From assembly GCF_004010195.1 (NCBI RefSeq), contig NC_057730.1:38795920-38859919 (forward strand): a DNA stretch of 64,000 bases. The letters run 5' to 3'. This DNA is from Chiloscyllium plagiosum (taxonomy: Eukaryota). A program made the position numbers and the translations under genes. The notes below the pieces were generated by a model that did not search any database, was not told where the DNA came from, and saw nothing but the letters and a program-made list of their open reading frames with translations. Shown one piece after another: positions 52,398-64,000 of this stretch (its first letter is position 1; every line of letters begins with the position of its first letter).

Positions 52398-53032
52398 TAC
52401 CGTCTGAAGGATGCACTGCAATAACTCACCAAGGCTCTTTGACAGCAACTTCCAAACTGTGACTTCTACCATCGAGAAGGAGAAGGGCTGCAGATGCATG
52501 AGAAGACTACCAGTTGCATGTTCCCCTCCAAGTCGCAGAATAAGCTGACTTGCAAATACATCACTGTTCTTTCACTAGGTCAAAATCCTGGAGCTCCCAT
52601 TCTGAAAAAATTGAGGATGTACCTATACCTCATGGATTGCAGTGATTCAAGAAAGAGGCTCCCAATCACCTTTAATAGGTCAATAAATATTGACCTAGCC
52701 AGCAAGGCTCATATCTGGTGAATGAATAAAAAATGTACCCTGTTCTATTTGCTGCACAATCTTCTGTGTGAAAGAGCCTCAGAATGTTGCATTGTTCAAC
52801 AAAATCACCTCTGATTTTTCTCCACTCCAGCTACCAACATTATCTCTGTTTCTTAACCTGATTGAAGTATAATGCCTCTGTCCTTATACCATAACAGACT
52901 TCAATTCTGTGCTCCAGAATTAGTTGGCTTTAACAACTATACACATTGCACTAAACTTTCTTTGCAGTAAATGTAACCCATATTCCATCTCGATCAGTTT
53001 ACCAAAGAACAATATATAGCATGCACCAGAAC

Positions 53033-55590
53033 ATGATTTGATTTGATTTATTATTGTCACATGAACCAAGATATAGTGAAAAGTATTATATTGCATGGTA
53101 ACCAGACAAATCGTACCCTACATAAGTACATTGGGGTAATAGAACAAAATGCGCAATATCATGTTACAGCTGCAGAGAGGGTGCAGGGAAAGATCAACTC
53201 TAATATACGAAAGGTCTATTCATAAGTCTGATAACACTGGTGAAGAAGCTGTTCTTAAATCTGTTGTACAGGTTTTCAAACTTTTGGATCTTCTGGAGAA
53301 AGTGAGGTCTGCAGATGCTGGAGATCAGAGCTGGAAATGTGTTGCTGCGAAAGCGCAGCAGGTCAGGCAGCATCCAGGGAACAGGAGAATCGACGTTTCG
53401 GGCATAAGCCCTTCTTCAGGGCTTATGCCCGAAACGTCGATTCTCCTGTTCCCTGGATGCTGCCTGACCTGCTGCGCTTTCCCAGCAACACATTTCCAGT
53501 TTTGGATCTTCTGCCCAATGGAAGAGGGTGGAAGACAGCATAACCGGGGTGGGGGAGACTTTGATGATGTTGGCTGTTTTTCCAAGGCAATGGGAAGTGT
53601 AGACTGAGTCAATGGAAGGAAGTCTGGTTTTCATGATAAACTGGGTTGCATTAACAACTCTAATTTCTTGTCATCCTGGGTACAGCAGTTGCCATACCAA
53701 GCTGTGATGCATCTGGATAGGATATTTTCTATTGAGCATTTATAAAAATTAGTAAGAATAATTGTGGGCATGTCGAATTTCCTTAACCTTCTGAAGAACT
53801 AGGGGCATTGGTGTGCTTTCTTGCGTGTAGTGTTGAGATGTATGGAACAGGACAGATTGTTGCTGATATCTACTCCGGGGAACTTGAAGCTGTCTACCTC
53901 CACCTCAGCATCATTGGTACAGACAGGGGCGGATTCCCCACTCTGTTTCCTGAAGTTAATGACCAGCTCATCATGTTGCTGACACTAAGGGAGAGATTGC
54001 TGTCTTTACGCCATGTCACTAAGCTGTGTTCTGTCTCTTCGTTGTTTGAAATCCAACCCACTACGGTGGTGACATCAGCAAATATATAAATGAAGTTAGA
54101 GCTCAATTTGGCCATAGAGTCACGTGTGCATAAGGGGTATAGAAAGGGACTGAGTATGCAGTTTGCAGGACATTGGTCTTGCGGATTACTATGGACAAGG
54201 TGTTGTTACCTATTTTTACTGATTTCGGTCTGTAGGTCAGGAAGTCAAGGATCCAGTTGCATTGTGGGGAGCAGAGTCCTAGGTCTCAGAATTTAGAGAT
54301 GTTTTGTTGGAATTATGGTGTTGAACATGGAGCTAAGTTCAATAAATAGGAGTCTAACAGGTATGTCCTTGTTATCCAGAAGTTCCAGGGATGATTGTAG
54401 GGTCAGGGAGGTGGCAACTGCTTTGACCTGTCGTGATGGGAGACAAATTGGAGCCGATCAAGGTAGTCGGGGAGGGTGGAGTTGATAAGTGCCATTACTA
54501 TCCTGTTGGAGTACTTCAAAATGATGGATGTTAGAGCTGCCAGGCAGTCGTCATTAAGGCATATTGCCTGATCTTTCTTTGGCACCAGGATGACGGTGGT
54601 CTTCTTGAAGCAGGTGGGAACCTCCCATCGTATAAAGGGGAGGTTAAAGATGTCTGTAAATACTCCTACCAGCTTGTCCTTGCAGGATCTGAGTGCACAG
54701 CAGGAGACTCCATCAGGGCCAGTTGTTTTCCATAGGTTCGCTGTCAAGAAGGCCGACCTGACATCTCCCCAGTGGTTACTGTGGGTACAGGTGCACCCAA
54801 AGCTGTTGGTGCAGGTGACATCATTTCAATGACCTTCTATTCAAAATAAGCAGAGGATGGATCGAGCTCATTGGGGAGGGATGCATTATTGTCAGCGATT
54901 CTACTCGACTTCGCTTTGTATCCATTATATAATGTGAGCTTTGCTACAGTCGACGTGTGCTCGTGTGGTTAGTCAGGGAGTCTAGTTTAGTCTGGCATTG
55001 TCTCTTGGCATCCCTGGTGAATTTACGAAGATTACCTGTATAGGTCATGGTCACCCGACTTGAACACCTCAGACCTGGACTTCAGTAGGGAGTGCATTGT
55101 CTGGTTCATGTGTGGCTGTGTAGCAAGGATCCAGGGTATTTGGGCCAATGGTGGGAAAGGAGACATGTTGGTGGTAACTTGGTAGCACACGCTTGAGGTT
55201 GGTCTGATTGAAGTCTCTGGCTACAATGAACAAAACCTCAGGATATTCAGTCTCAAGGCTATTTGTAGAGGAGTATATTTTATCAAGTGCACTCTTCACT
55301 TCCACATGAGGTGGGAATGTAAACTGCTGTCAGGAAAGCATAAGTAAACTCCCATGGCAGGTAGTGGGGCCAGCACCTCACTGTTAGACATTCAAGGGTC
55401 TGGGGCAGCAGTAACTAACTGAGGTCATCATTGTCCGAGCACCAAGAGGTGTCGGTCAGATGGCCAACTACCCCTGCCCTTTGCCTTGATCAAGGACACC
55501 GAGCCAACATTTAGTGAATTGAGAAGCCCTTAGATTGGACGGCACAATCAGGTTACGCAGGAGTGAGTCATGTCTCTGTTAAACAAAAGA
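53033..55590 (-). mobile_element. Rex1/Babar-like LINE, decayed
   Basis: GPDGVS..ALRSC..KLVGVFTDIFNL...PTCFKKTTVILVPKK...CLND...ALTS; FADVTTVVG.ISNNEET; ARDFNQTNLK; (caaat)n 3' tail at ~53033-53050. Confidence 0.88.
53296..53499. mobile_element. PLE family B fold-back insertion (young, near-perfect hairpin)
   Basis: ~82-bp near-identical inverted arms; exact TSD ttttggatcttctg at 53282-53295 and 53500-53513; intact hammerhead core on the minus strand at 53390-53420. Confidence 0.93.
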
Positions 55591-57619
55591 GCAGCCTCTT
55601 GGTTCCCTTTGGTCGAGGAGCAATAGGAAAGGCTGGAGGAGGGGGGGATTGGCAGGCTACATTTCAGGTAGGCCCCACAGAATGGATGGGGAGGCTGTCA
55701 GAGAACTCTGGCAATCTATTGCATCCACCACCCTCAACAAGAAACACCAAAAGACACCAGTCATGTCACCGCTGAAGTCAAGTCTTCCATAGACTTCCAA
55801 ATCAGTGGCCACTCAAAAGTTCAATTGGATACAATTTTCCAGTTGGTTCGGGACACTTTGAATTGTTTTGACTACTGGAGCTGAGTTTTTCCATTGCTGT
55901 GCAGTATGCTAGTTAAAAGAGGCTAAGAAATATTTTGGATGGGTAAAATCTCAGCCTGAAATATATATTTGCCTGGACAGTCCTCAGTAAAATGTAGCAA
56001 CTAATATGAGCTCCAAACTGCCTGGCAATAAGAGAGAGTGAAACTGTCATTGGAGAGATGAGAAGGCACTTGTCCAAGTACAGTGGCAGCTGAATACTGC
56101 TACTGAGTTGAGCAATCTGTTAATATCAATGTGAAGCTAAATATATTCTCAGCCAGCTGATCTATTGTTTAATCCAATGAATTTCTCTGGCAGCCTTTAA
56201 AATATGTATGTTTCACTTTTTAAAAACATGATTTTCAATAAAGTTTCTACCAAGACATCATAAAGAACAAATCAAACCACAAACGGATACTGACATCAGC
56301 ATTTGGAAACACTTGCTGTTATATACCAACATTATCACGTCTGCTCTTGGAGGGTAAAGAGTCAACAAAGTGCCCAGTTAGCACTGACTGTAATTCCTCT
56401 GTTTGCATCATAATGTCAACCCTGTGGTCAATAAAGACAGAGACATGTTCAAATACAACTCAGGATTCTCAGCATCTGAACTCTAACACTAACACTAACC
56501 TGAACAGACACACAGGGCAGTGATTTAATATGCAGGCCAAAATGTGCCACTCTCTTAGTGCACTTTGTGGGACTCACTTGACTTAGAGGGTAGCACTGTC
56601 ATTAAGTTCATCCCGAGGTTTCACCAAGACTCTGCAAACACTGATTGGCATGGCAACGGTTTGTCTTCTGGTTCCAGCAGTTGACGCTACACCCACGCCT
56701 CAGAGGTTAGTGCACTAAAAGAAACTGGAAGAAGTGATGCTTTGAATCTGAAGTCCAATATAGGGACCTGAGCACAAACACTAGGTGACAAATGCAGCAT
56801 TAGAAGGGTTCTGGACTGTCAGAAGTGTTGTCTTCCAAACTTCCCCTCCAAGCCACTTACCATTGTGGTTCGAAATCCTGGAACTCACTCCCTCAAGTGT
56901 ATCTGCAGGCTTCCAATGGACTCCAGCAGTTCAAAAAGGCAGCTCACCACCACCTTCTGAAAGGCAACCAGGGACTGGTAATAAATGCTGGATCAGCGTT
57001 TTAAAAAGATGAGAAAGTAGAAAGGCTGTGAAAGCTAAGGCTGCCTCAGGTCCAAATCTCCTCCAATTCTGACTTCCAGTAAAATGCTTGGATTTGCCTG
57101 TAAAGCAATTTAGTTCCCAATGTACATCAGCAACTTTAGAGGAATTCAACAACACTCCACCCTCAGCCACCTGGGCATACCTAAACTTTAAATCCTGAGA
57201 TCGGGAACCCTGACTGGTCTTTGATTCACATGAATTAATACTTTTATTTTTGGATTTAATATTTGTTCTCCTACAACTTTTTCACTTTCCTGTTTCTTTC
57301 TTGTGTTTGTGTGTATGTGAACTCACAAAGACTGTTCCAGATTCGAATGTGAACAGACTGTGTTTCAAGAGTTATTTATAAAAATTAACTGTACAAACTT
57401 GAGCTTGGGAAGCACATCACAAACTGTTTCAAACTGAACCATTCTGCCTATGGACAGAAGGTAAGGAGAAACAAGAGTTTCATTGGGTTCTCTCTCCCGT
57501 ATCGGTAACATTAATGGGAGCTTGCTGTGCAGAAATTGGCCTTCATATTTCTCATGTTACAACAGTGCTTACATCTCAGAAGAACTTCATTGGCTCTCCC
57601 TGACTGGCATTGTGAACAG

Positions 57620-58230
57620 TCATAGTCAGAGAGTCATAGGGCACAGAAATAGACCGTTCAGTCCAACTAGTCCATGTTTCCAAAACTAAACTAGTCCCAT
57701 CTGCATACACTTTGCCCATATCCGTCCAAACCTTTCCTGCTCATGAATGTATCTAAATGTGTTTTAAACATTGTAACTGTACATGCATCTACCTCTGGCA
57801 GTTCATTCCACACACAAACTACTCTCTGTGTGAATAAATTGCCCCTCATGTCCTTTTAAAATCTTTCTCCTCTCACCTTAAAAATATGCCCCCTAGTTTT
57901 GAATTTTCTCATCCTGGGGGAAAAGACCCTTGCCATTCGTATTATCTATTCACCTCATGATTGTAAAGGTCAATAAGGTCACCTTTCAACCTCCTACACT
58001 CCAGTGAAAAAAAAAATCCCTGTCTTTCCAGTCTATTTTGATATCTCAAACCGTCCATTCCTGGCAACATCCTGGTAAATTCTTTCTGAATCATCTCTAG
58101 TTTAATAATATCCTTCTGAGAGCAGGGTAAACAGAACTACACGCAGTACTCCAGAAGAGATCTCACCAATGTCCTATACAACCTCAGCAAAATGTCCTGA
58201 CTCCTGTACACAAAGGTCTGAGCAATGAAG
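57620..58230 (-). mobile_element. CR1/HER1 3' end
   Basis: gtcagagagtcatagg tail; body homologous to 9024-9530. Confidence 0.88.
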
Positions 58231-58981
58231 TTGGATTCTTAGTGAAAACTTTAGAAATGGGCCTCTCACCTATAATCCTTTGCCGTAGAGTCAATCATGA
58301 TTAGCTCAGTTTAATCCTTTCATTCTGATAATCTCAGCTCCCTCTGCAGGGATTTTCTGATGCACAGAATTTCCTGCATTTTCTGTTTGTATTGGAGGTT
58401 TCTAGCCACTGGTAGTATTTTGCTTTTGTTTAACTTTTGCCCTGTCTTGTAGCTTTTGTCCTGCACTTGTCCGGGTATGATTGAGAGTGAGTTCCAGCAG
58501 ATACCTACTGGAGCAGCAACAGTAGGATAGAGTGTAACACTTCACACATCCACTGGCAGTGAAGGGTTGTAGAAGCAATGATATTGACACTGTCTGACAA
58601 AGAATTATACAGGTATTGCAGCACAGAAACAGACCATTTAGTGTACAAGTTTTCACCTACTCTTCTCTACTTCAGTCCATCAACTTATCCTTTTAGTCTT
58701 TTAACTCTCAGTCTTTTCTAGGTTCCTCATAAGACCATTGCCTCAAATATTGCATCTGGTTACAAGTTCCATTCTCCAGGTAATTAATTTATTCCTGCAT
58801 CCCCTGCTGGGTTTATTAGTGACTATCATGTTTATGAACCCTAGTCCTAATTTTCTTACAAGTGAAAAGCTATTGAACCCTTCATAATTTTATATTCAGT
58901 TGTTAGAAATTCTGTGAGAAATAGAGTGGATATGGGGGTAAAAATGGGACATACACAACTCCCTTCCCCTGTTGTTTTCAG

Positions 58982-59017
58982 GGATTACCAAAGCATTGAA
59001 ATGATGCACTTATTCAG
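58982..59017 (+). other. Candidate 36-nt micro-exon
   Basis: Acceptor cccttcccctgttgttttcag and donor cag/gtaagt; one open frame DYQSIEMMHLF. Confidence 0.25.
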
Positions 59018-60399
59018 GTAAGTGTGGCTTTGTGTGTTTGATTCAGGAGAGTAGGGCATATGGTTTGACAACATTGGCCTGATTTTCCTGCAATGGTTCT
59101 AATATTGTGTACAGCACACACCTGCTCATTCTGCATTGGTTTCACACAGCACACTGTATTGGTTAGGGCCTTCGAGATACTCAGGTATCGTGTTCATCCC
59201 ATTGCCTCTGCACTTTTGGATAGGATAGGATTGGGAATGGGGACATTGACAAATATTTTGGACCCCTTTGCAAAATTGGTCACAATGTGACTGCTGAGCC
59301 CTGGACCATTAGTGTTTGTTTGTGCTTGTGCAATACATTTAATAGGTTCATTAATATGGCAGCCAGTCAGCCTACGTGAGGAAAGTCAATCATACACAGA
59401 ATAACAGGCTGGTCAAAACATGGCTCGATTAGATTAACCACCATGCTAGTCACTCCCAGTAACTCACTGATCAAGCTTCATCCCATGGTTGATTTTCAAC
59501 CTGGACTATTTTTATTAAAGACAGTCAATCTGGAACATCACCTTAACATCAGTAAAACACATCAGCTCCCATTGTCTGGATTGTTTATAAAAATGCTAAC
59601 AAACCAGGTTAACCCTGTGTTATGTGTTAGCTCTCCTTACAGCCTATCATCAAATGACAATCAACCTGGCATAGCCATCTGTCGCACTACATGGAACAAT
59701 GAAATGTAGAGCTGTAATTCATTCAAATGTATTAACATGACGACAGGAACTTGGATAATGTTCTCCAATCCCTACAAGAACTTTCCATGACTTTTTAAAT
59801 CATGCCGAGGTGTTAATTTTCACAATGTGCACAGTCAACATGTACACTGGAACCCAAACTTCTTTAATTAGAAGACAAGAGTTAACAGCAGACATTGGGC
59901 ACCTTACTTGGAAGTAAACAGTTTGAAAGGTCTCAAATAACATTTGAAACAATGAGAAGGATACAGGGCCCCTCTGATCAGCAAAGTCTTCTGGGATGTC
60001 ATACTGACTTGGAACACCCTTGTTCAACTTCTGACTGTAGATTTGTATACTCAGCAAATAAGTTTACAAATATGTGCACTTTTAGACAATAATTGAGCAT
60101 GGAGGTGATGAGCATATGCTTATGATTGAAAATAGATCAAGTGCAGATCTTATGAGCTAAACTGAAGAGATCTGAAATGTGACAACATTTTCTAATAATG
60201 GAAGATTCGATGTTAAGTGATTGTTACAATGGAAAAGCTAAAAGGTCATTTACCATTATAGCTTCTGTTTGCGATGGAGCAGAATAGCTAAGTCTCAGGT
60301 ATCACTCTCAGGTTTATGAATATCACAGAAGCCACTGAATCTTTTGTCTGAGTTGTACTTTGTAGGGGGACTACACTTCATACAATAACAGAAGGAAGG

Positions 60400-60800
60400 A
60401 CTTGCATTTGCATTGCACCTTTTACAACCACAGGATCTGCAAAACAGTTTACATGTAATAAAGTCTGTTCAAAGTACAGTCATTCCTGCAATGTGGAAGC
60501 TCATTTCTGCACAGTAAAGTCTCACAAGCAGTATTGAGATAATGGTCAGATAGCCACTTTACAATGTTATTGGTTGAAGGATAATTATTCTTCAGGCTAT
60601 CAGCTTATGTTCAAACAGAGACATGTGACATTGTGCATCCATGTGAGTGGGTAGACCTGGCTTTAGTTTGAATGGCAGTAACTCTGACACTGCTGCACTC
60701 CCTCTTTAAAGCATTGCATGTACTAGCCTGGATTTTCTGATCAATCCTCTGGAGTGGAATTAGAACCAACAGGCTTCTGGAAGAGGTAAAACAAATCCAC
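60400..60800 (-). mobile_element. Deu-domain SINE, decayed
   Basis: cttgcatttgcattgcaccttt...gttattggttgaagggataa...ctctgacactgctgcactccctc. Confidence 0.55.
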
Positions 60801-60839
60801 AACCACTTTTCAGTTCCATGTTTGAAAATTGCTGGAAGG

Positions 60840-61000
60840 ACAGGCTGGTAGCTCAGTAGTTAACACTGCTGCCTCACAATGCCAGGGACCTTGATTTTAA
60901 TTCCACTCTTGGGTGACTTTGTGGAGTTTGCACATGCTCTTTGTGTCTATATGAGTTTTCTCCCACAGTCCAAAGATGCATGGGTTAGTTAAATTGGCCC
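60840..61000 (+). mobile_element. Degenerate HE1-like SINE 5' part
   Basis: ggtagctcagtagttaacactgctgcctcac...gtggagtttgcacat. Confidence 0.8.
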
Positions 61001-61885
61001 AACTGTGGGGACTCCATGATTCTTTGATTGTGACAGTGACTGGACAGGATTAACACGTGTTGTATGACTGTCAAATATTGTCAGTAACATTGTTACCATT
61101 AATTTTTCGTTATATTCTGGATTGGATGAAAGCTTGGGAAGTCTGGACTATGTCGGATGGAGCCAACAATTCAACTTAGCTTTGCGCATTAATGCAGCTG
61201 CAGTGATATTTCAGATCTTATTTCATTTTTCATTTACCGTGAAGCATTTCGGTAGAATAAATAAGAAGCATTTTTGTCTGCAGTGTGGTGATAGTTTCAG
61301 CATAGCAAGGTCATTTTGATTTTAATATAATATCGGTGCAGCAAGCGCACATTTTGGATGAGGTCCACGCTGGACACCATTTTGGAAGTTCAAGACTGTA
61401 GCTTAATGCAGAAAAATATGTTTGTAGCCCTTTACTAGTGAGATTCTGATCTTGTCATTGAAATTTTCAGGGGAAATTTGAACTTTCTTTCCAAACATCT
61501 AGAATTGTATTTATTCATTTTTGTTGTATTCTCCCAATTTCTCATCATTGCCTGTGCCACTCAAGGGCTGGGATAAATTCTGCCAAGAAGTACAGTTTTG
61601 AGTCCTACATGACTGACTTCAGGTGGAAGAAGACTCATATCGGACCAATGCTCAAAATAAACTGGGACAATGCCACCCCTAAAAGTTCCAAATATCCCAT
61701 GAAATGTCAATCACTGGGCAACCAATCAGGGGAAAGTTGGGCACAGATGGTGAGATCATAAAAAAAGCATGAGTGTGACATTAGGTGCATCGTGTCTGTT
61801 CCACCATTGAATATGATTTTTGGCAATAGGCCAAAGGGCCTCTTCTGTACTGCATGATTCTATAATAAGAAGGTCATTGATCTGA

Positions 61886-62200
61886 GGCAGCACGGTGGCT
61901 CAGTGTTTAGCACCGCTGTCTCACAGCGCCAGGGACCCGGGTTGGATTCCTGCCTCCGGGCAACTGTCTGTGTGGAGTTTGCACATTCTCCCCGTGTCTG
62001 AGTGGGTTTGCTCCGGGTGCTCCAGTTTCCTTCCACAATCCAAAGATGTGCAGGTTAGGTGAATTGGCTGAGCTAAATTGCCCATAGTGTTAGGTGCATT
62101 AGTCGGAGGGAAATGGGTCTGGGTGGGTTCCTCTTCGGAGGGTCAGTGTGGACTTGCTGGGCCGAAGGGCCTGTTTCCACTGTAGGGATTCTAATCTAAA
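61886..62200 (+). mobile_element. HE1-like SINE, relatively intact
   Basis: A-box tggctcagtg, B-box ggttggattcc, central core, CR1-like tail gggccgaagggcctgtttcc...gggattctaatcta. Confidence 0.92.
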
Positions 62201-62800
62201 TGCAGCTTTAGCTTCACTTTTCACCGTGCATCTCATAATCCCTGGATGCCTTGTCAACTAGAAGTCTATTTAACTCAGTGTTGTTATCTATTCGATGACA
62301 CCGTCCCCACAGGTCAAAGTGAAAAAGAGTTCCACAGACCATCTACCATCTCAGAGAAGAGATTCTACCTCATTTCCATTTCAAATGGGCAGATCTTTGT
62401 TTTGAAACTGGACTCCTAATTCTAGTTCCCTCCACAAGGGGAAATACCCTCTCAGCATCCATACTGTCAAGTCTCCTCAGAACCTTATCTGTTTCAATAA
62501 AGTCACCTCTCATTCTTCTAAACACCAATGGGCAAAGGCCCATGCTGCTCAATTACTTCTCATGACAATTCTTTCATTCCAGCAATCAGCCAGGTCAGCC
62601 TTCTCTGAGCTGATTCCAGTACAAGTCTATCCCACCTTAAGTAATGAAACCAAAACAGCATTCCAGATGCTATCTTGCAAATGTATTGCATAATTGTCTC
62701 AAGAAGTCCTTACTTTATACTCTGTCTGCTTGCAACAAAGGCCAGCATTCGCCTTTCTAATCAATTGCTAACTTTTTTATTATTCATGTACAAGAGCTCT
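62200..62800 (-). mobile_element. Old CR1 3' fragment
   Basis: Minus ORF FRRMRGDFIETDKVLRRLD. Confidence 0.8.
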
Positions 62801-62924
62801 CGAGGCCTTTCTGCATGAAGAGAAAAGGGAGGAAAAGAGACAATGCAAATACTTCATTCTTCCTGCCGGACTATCCATGATCATCTTATTCAATTATTTT
62901 AGAACAATCCCTCACACGTCTTAC

Positions 62925-62969
62925 CTTTCTGTTGTTACTGACCAGTATAGCACCTTGATGGTCATAGTG
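62925..62969 (-). other. Candidate 45-nt exon
   Basis: Acceptor ttttttgtttcag and donor aag/gtaaga; open frames HYDHQGAILVSNNRK or TMTIKVLYWSVTTE; not recognised. Confidence 0.3.
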
Positions 62970-63799
62970 CTGAAACAAAAAACGCCTGAAGACTACTCCG
63001 AGCTAAACTTATTTTTAAAAATCTATCCAATACTCAATACAACAGTCAACTAATCGTGATGTTGCACCTGCTTAGAGTTTGTCTTGTGGGTCCCTTTCCC
63101 CTGTCCTAATGCACTTATGCTGGGCTATCCCCAACAGTGCAAAAAAGTTGGTGAAAAGCTGCTGATTTTCAGTCAGGGAGCCTGTTCATGGCCTTGCAGG
63201 ATAACCCATGATGTGTTGTGTCTAGTAGACCTTACTTTGAATGACATCAGCATAGCGAGGTGGCAGCGGATGGCAATAGCAAGAAGATTGGTGGAATGGC
63301 AATGCTGGGAGTGGATGAATCCTGCCACCTTGTGGGGCGGGGGGAGGTCAGACAAGCTCATGCTCCAAGGAACTGCAGCTACTGTGATCTCCTGGAGGAC
63401 AGTGAGACTAAAAGCCCCTTTGAGCACAGACCTAACAACAGCAGCAACAGTCTGAGGTGGCAAGTTGTGTTTGAGCAGCAACAAGCTGAGATCTCTAAAC
63501 GTCATACTGAGCATCTACTGCAGCATTCTGACATCTGATGGTAATGGAAGCTGAAACCATGATCAGGTCCACAAATGCTGTCATGGAGCTCTGCTCAAAG
63601 CCCTGTGTCATGTTGATGCTGGATTCCTCCATACCTTTAAAGACAACAGGCTTTTGGCAGGTCTGCCAATGCATGAAACATTTTTTTTTCAGTGCACATC
63701 AACAGCCTTTCTTGTTTATGAATCAACAAAGTCATTACCTGCATCCTCTTGTAAGCAATCTTGTTCTCTGGCAAGCCAATACTTATCCCATGAGGTATC

Positions 63800-64000
63800 A
63801 ATATCCCCAGTACCTGTATCCTCAGAATCTGTATCCCCAGTACCTGTATCCCCAGTACCTGTATCTCCAGTAGCTGTATCCCCATAAAATGTATCCCCAG
63901 TACCTGTGTCCCCAGTACCTGCATCCCAAGTACCTGTACCTTCAGTACCTGTATCTCCAGTTACCTGTATTCCAAGTACCTATATCTCCATCACCTGAAT
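63800..64000. repeat. 15-bp minisatellite (cagtacctgtatccc)n running to the window end
   Basis: About 13 degenerate units visible. Confidence 0.92.

Larger units (their letters stand above)
50990..52735 (+). mobile_element. CR1/L2-group LINE RT and 3' UTR, decayed
   Basis: LLSDVQYGF..HSAPDLIT, WLESYLAERK, QGSVLG...FINDL, QWQVTF.P; interrupted at 51971-52397. Confidence 0.82.

Noticed and set aside
53296-53499. Hairpins as miRNA precursors or classical DNA MITEs
   Set aside because: Asymmetric arms, variable 11-17 bp TSDs and linkage to PLE GIY-YIG/RT point to a retroelement origin; there is no evidence for miRNA processing.
53325-53612. Identical peptides (WKCVAGKAQQVRQHPGNRRIDVSGISP) on both strands and at other loci, suggesting a small gene family
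   Set aside because: A consequence of the palindromic non-coding PLE terminus.
61886-61960. tRNA gene
   Set aside because: The A and B boxes belong to a SINE head that continues into the SINE body and LINE tail.

Overview
This is vertebrate genomic DNA, most likely from a cartilaginous fish (shark), judging by the HE1-like SINEs, HER1/CR1 LINEs and Deu-domain SINEs. It has several N gaps and no host gene I can recognise, so it looks intronic or intergenic. Most of the window is decayed transposable elements: many CR1 fragments, a Rex1/Babar LINE, a CR1/L2-group LINE, tRNA-derived SINEs, a cluster of PIF/Harbinger relics, a probable Tigger-like MITE and a probable solo LTR. The main signal is three Penelope-like element (PLE) families, called A, B and C here. 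Each has a terminal repeat carrying a minimal hammerhead ribozyme motif (CUGANGA-stem II-GAAA plus a 4-nt palindromic stem III), and each is physically linked within this window to GIY-YIG or RT remnants. Families A and B also occur as ~170-320 bp fold-back insertions, most with 11-17 bp target-site duplications (TSDs), whose inversion points sit at or just upstream of the ribozyme core. A few isolated splice-site-bounded exon candidates and TE-poor blocks are low-confidence leads. Repeat boundaries were read by eye and are approximate.
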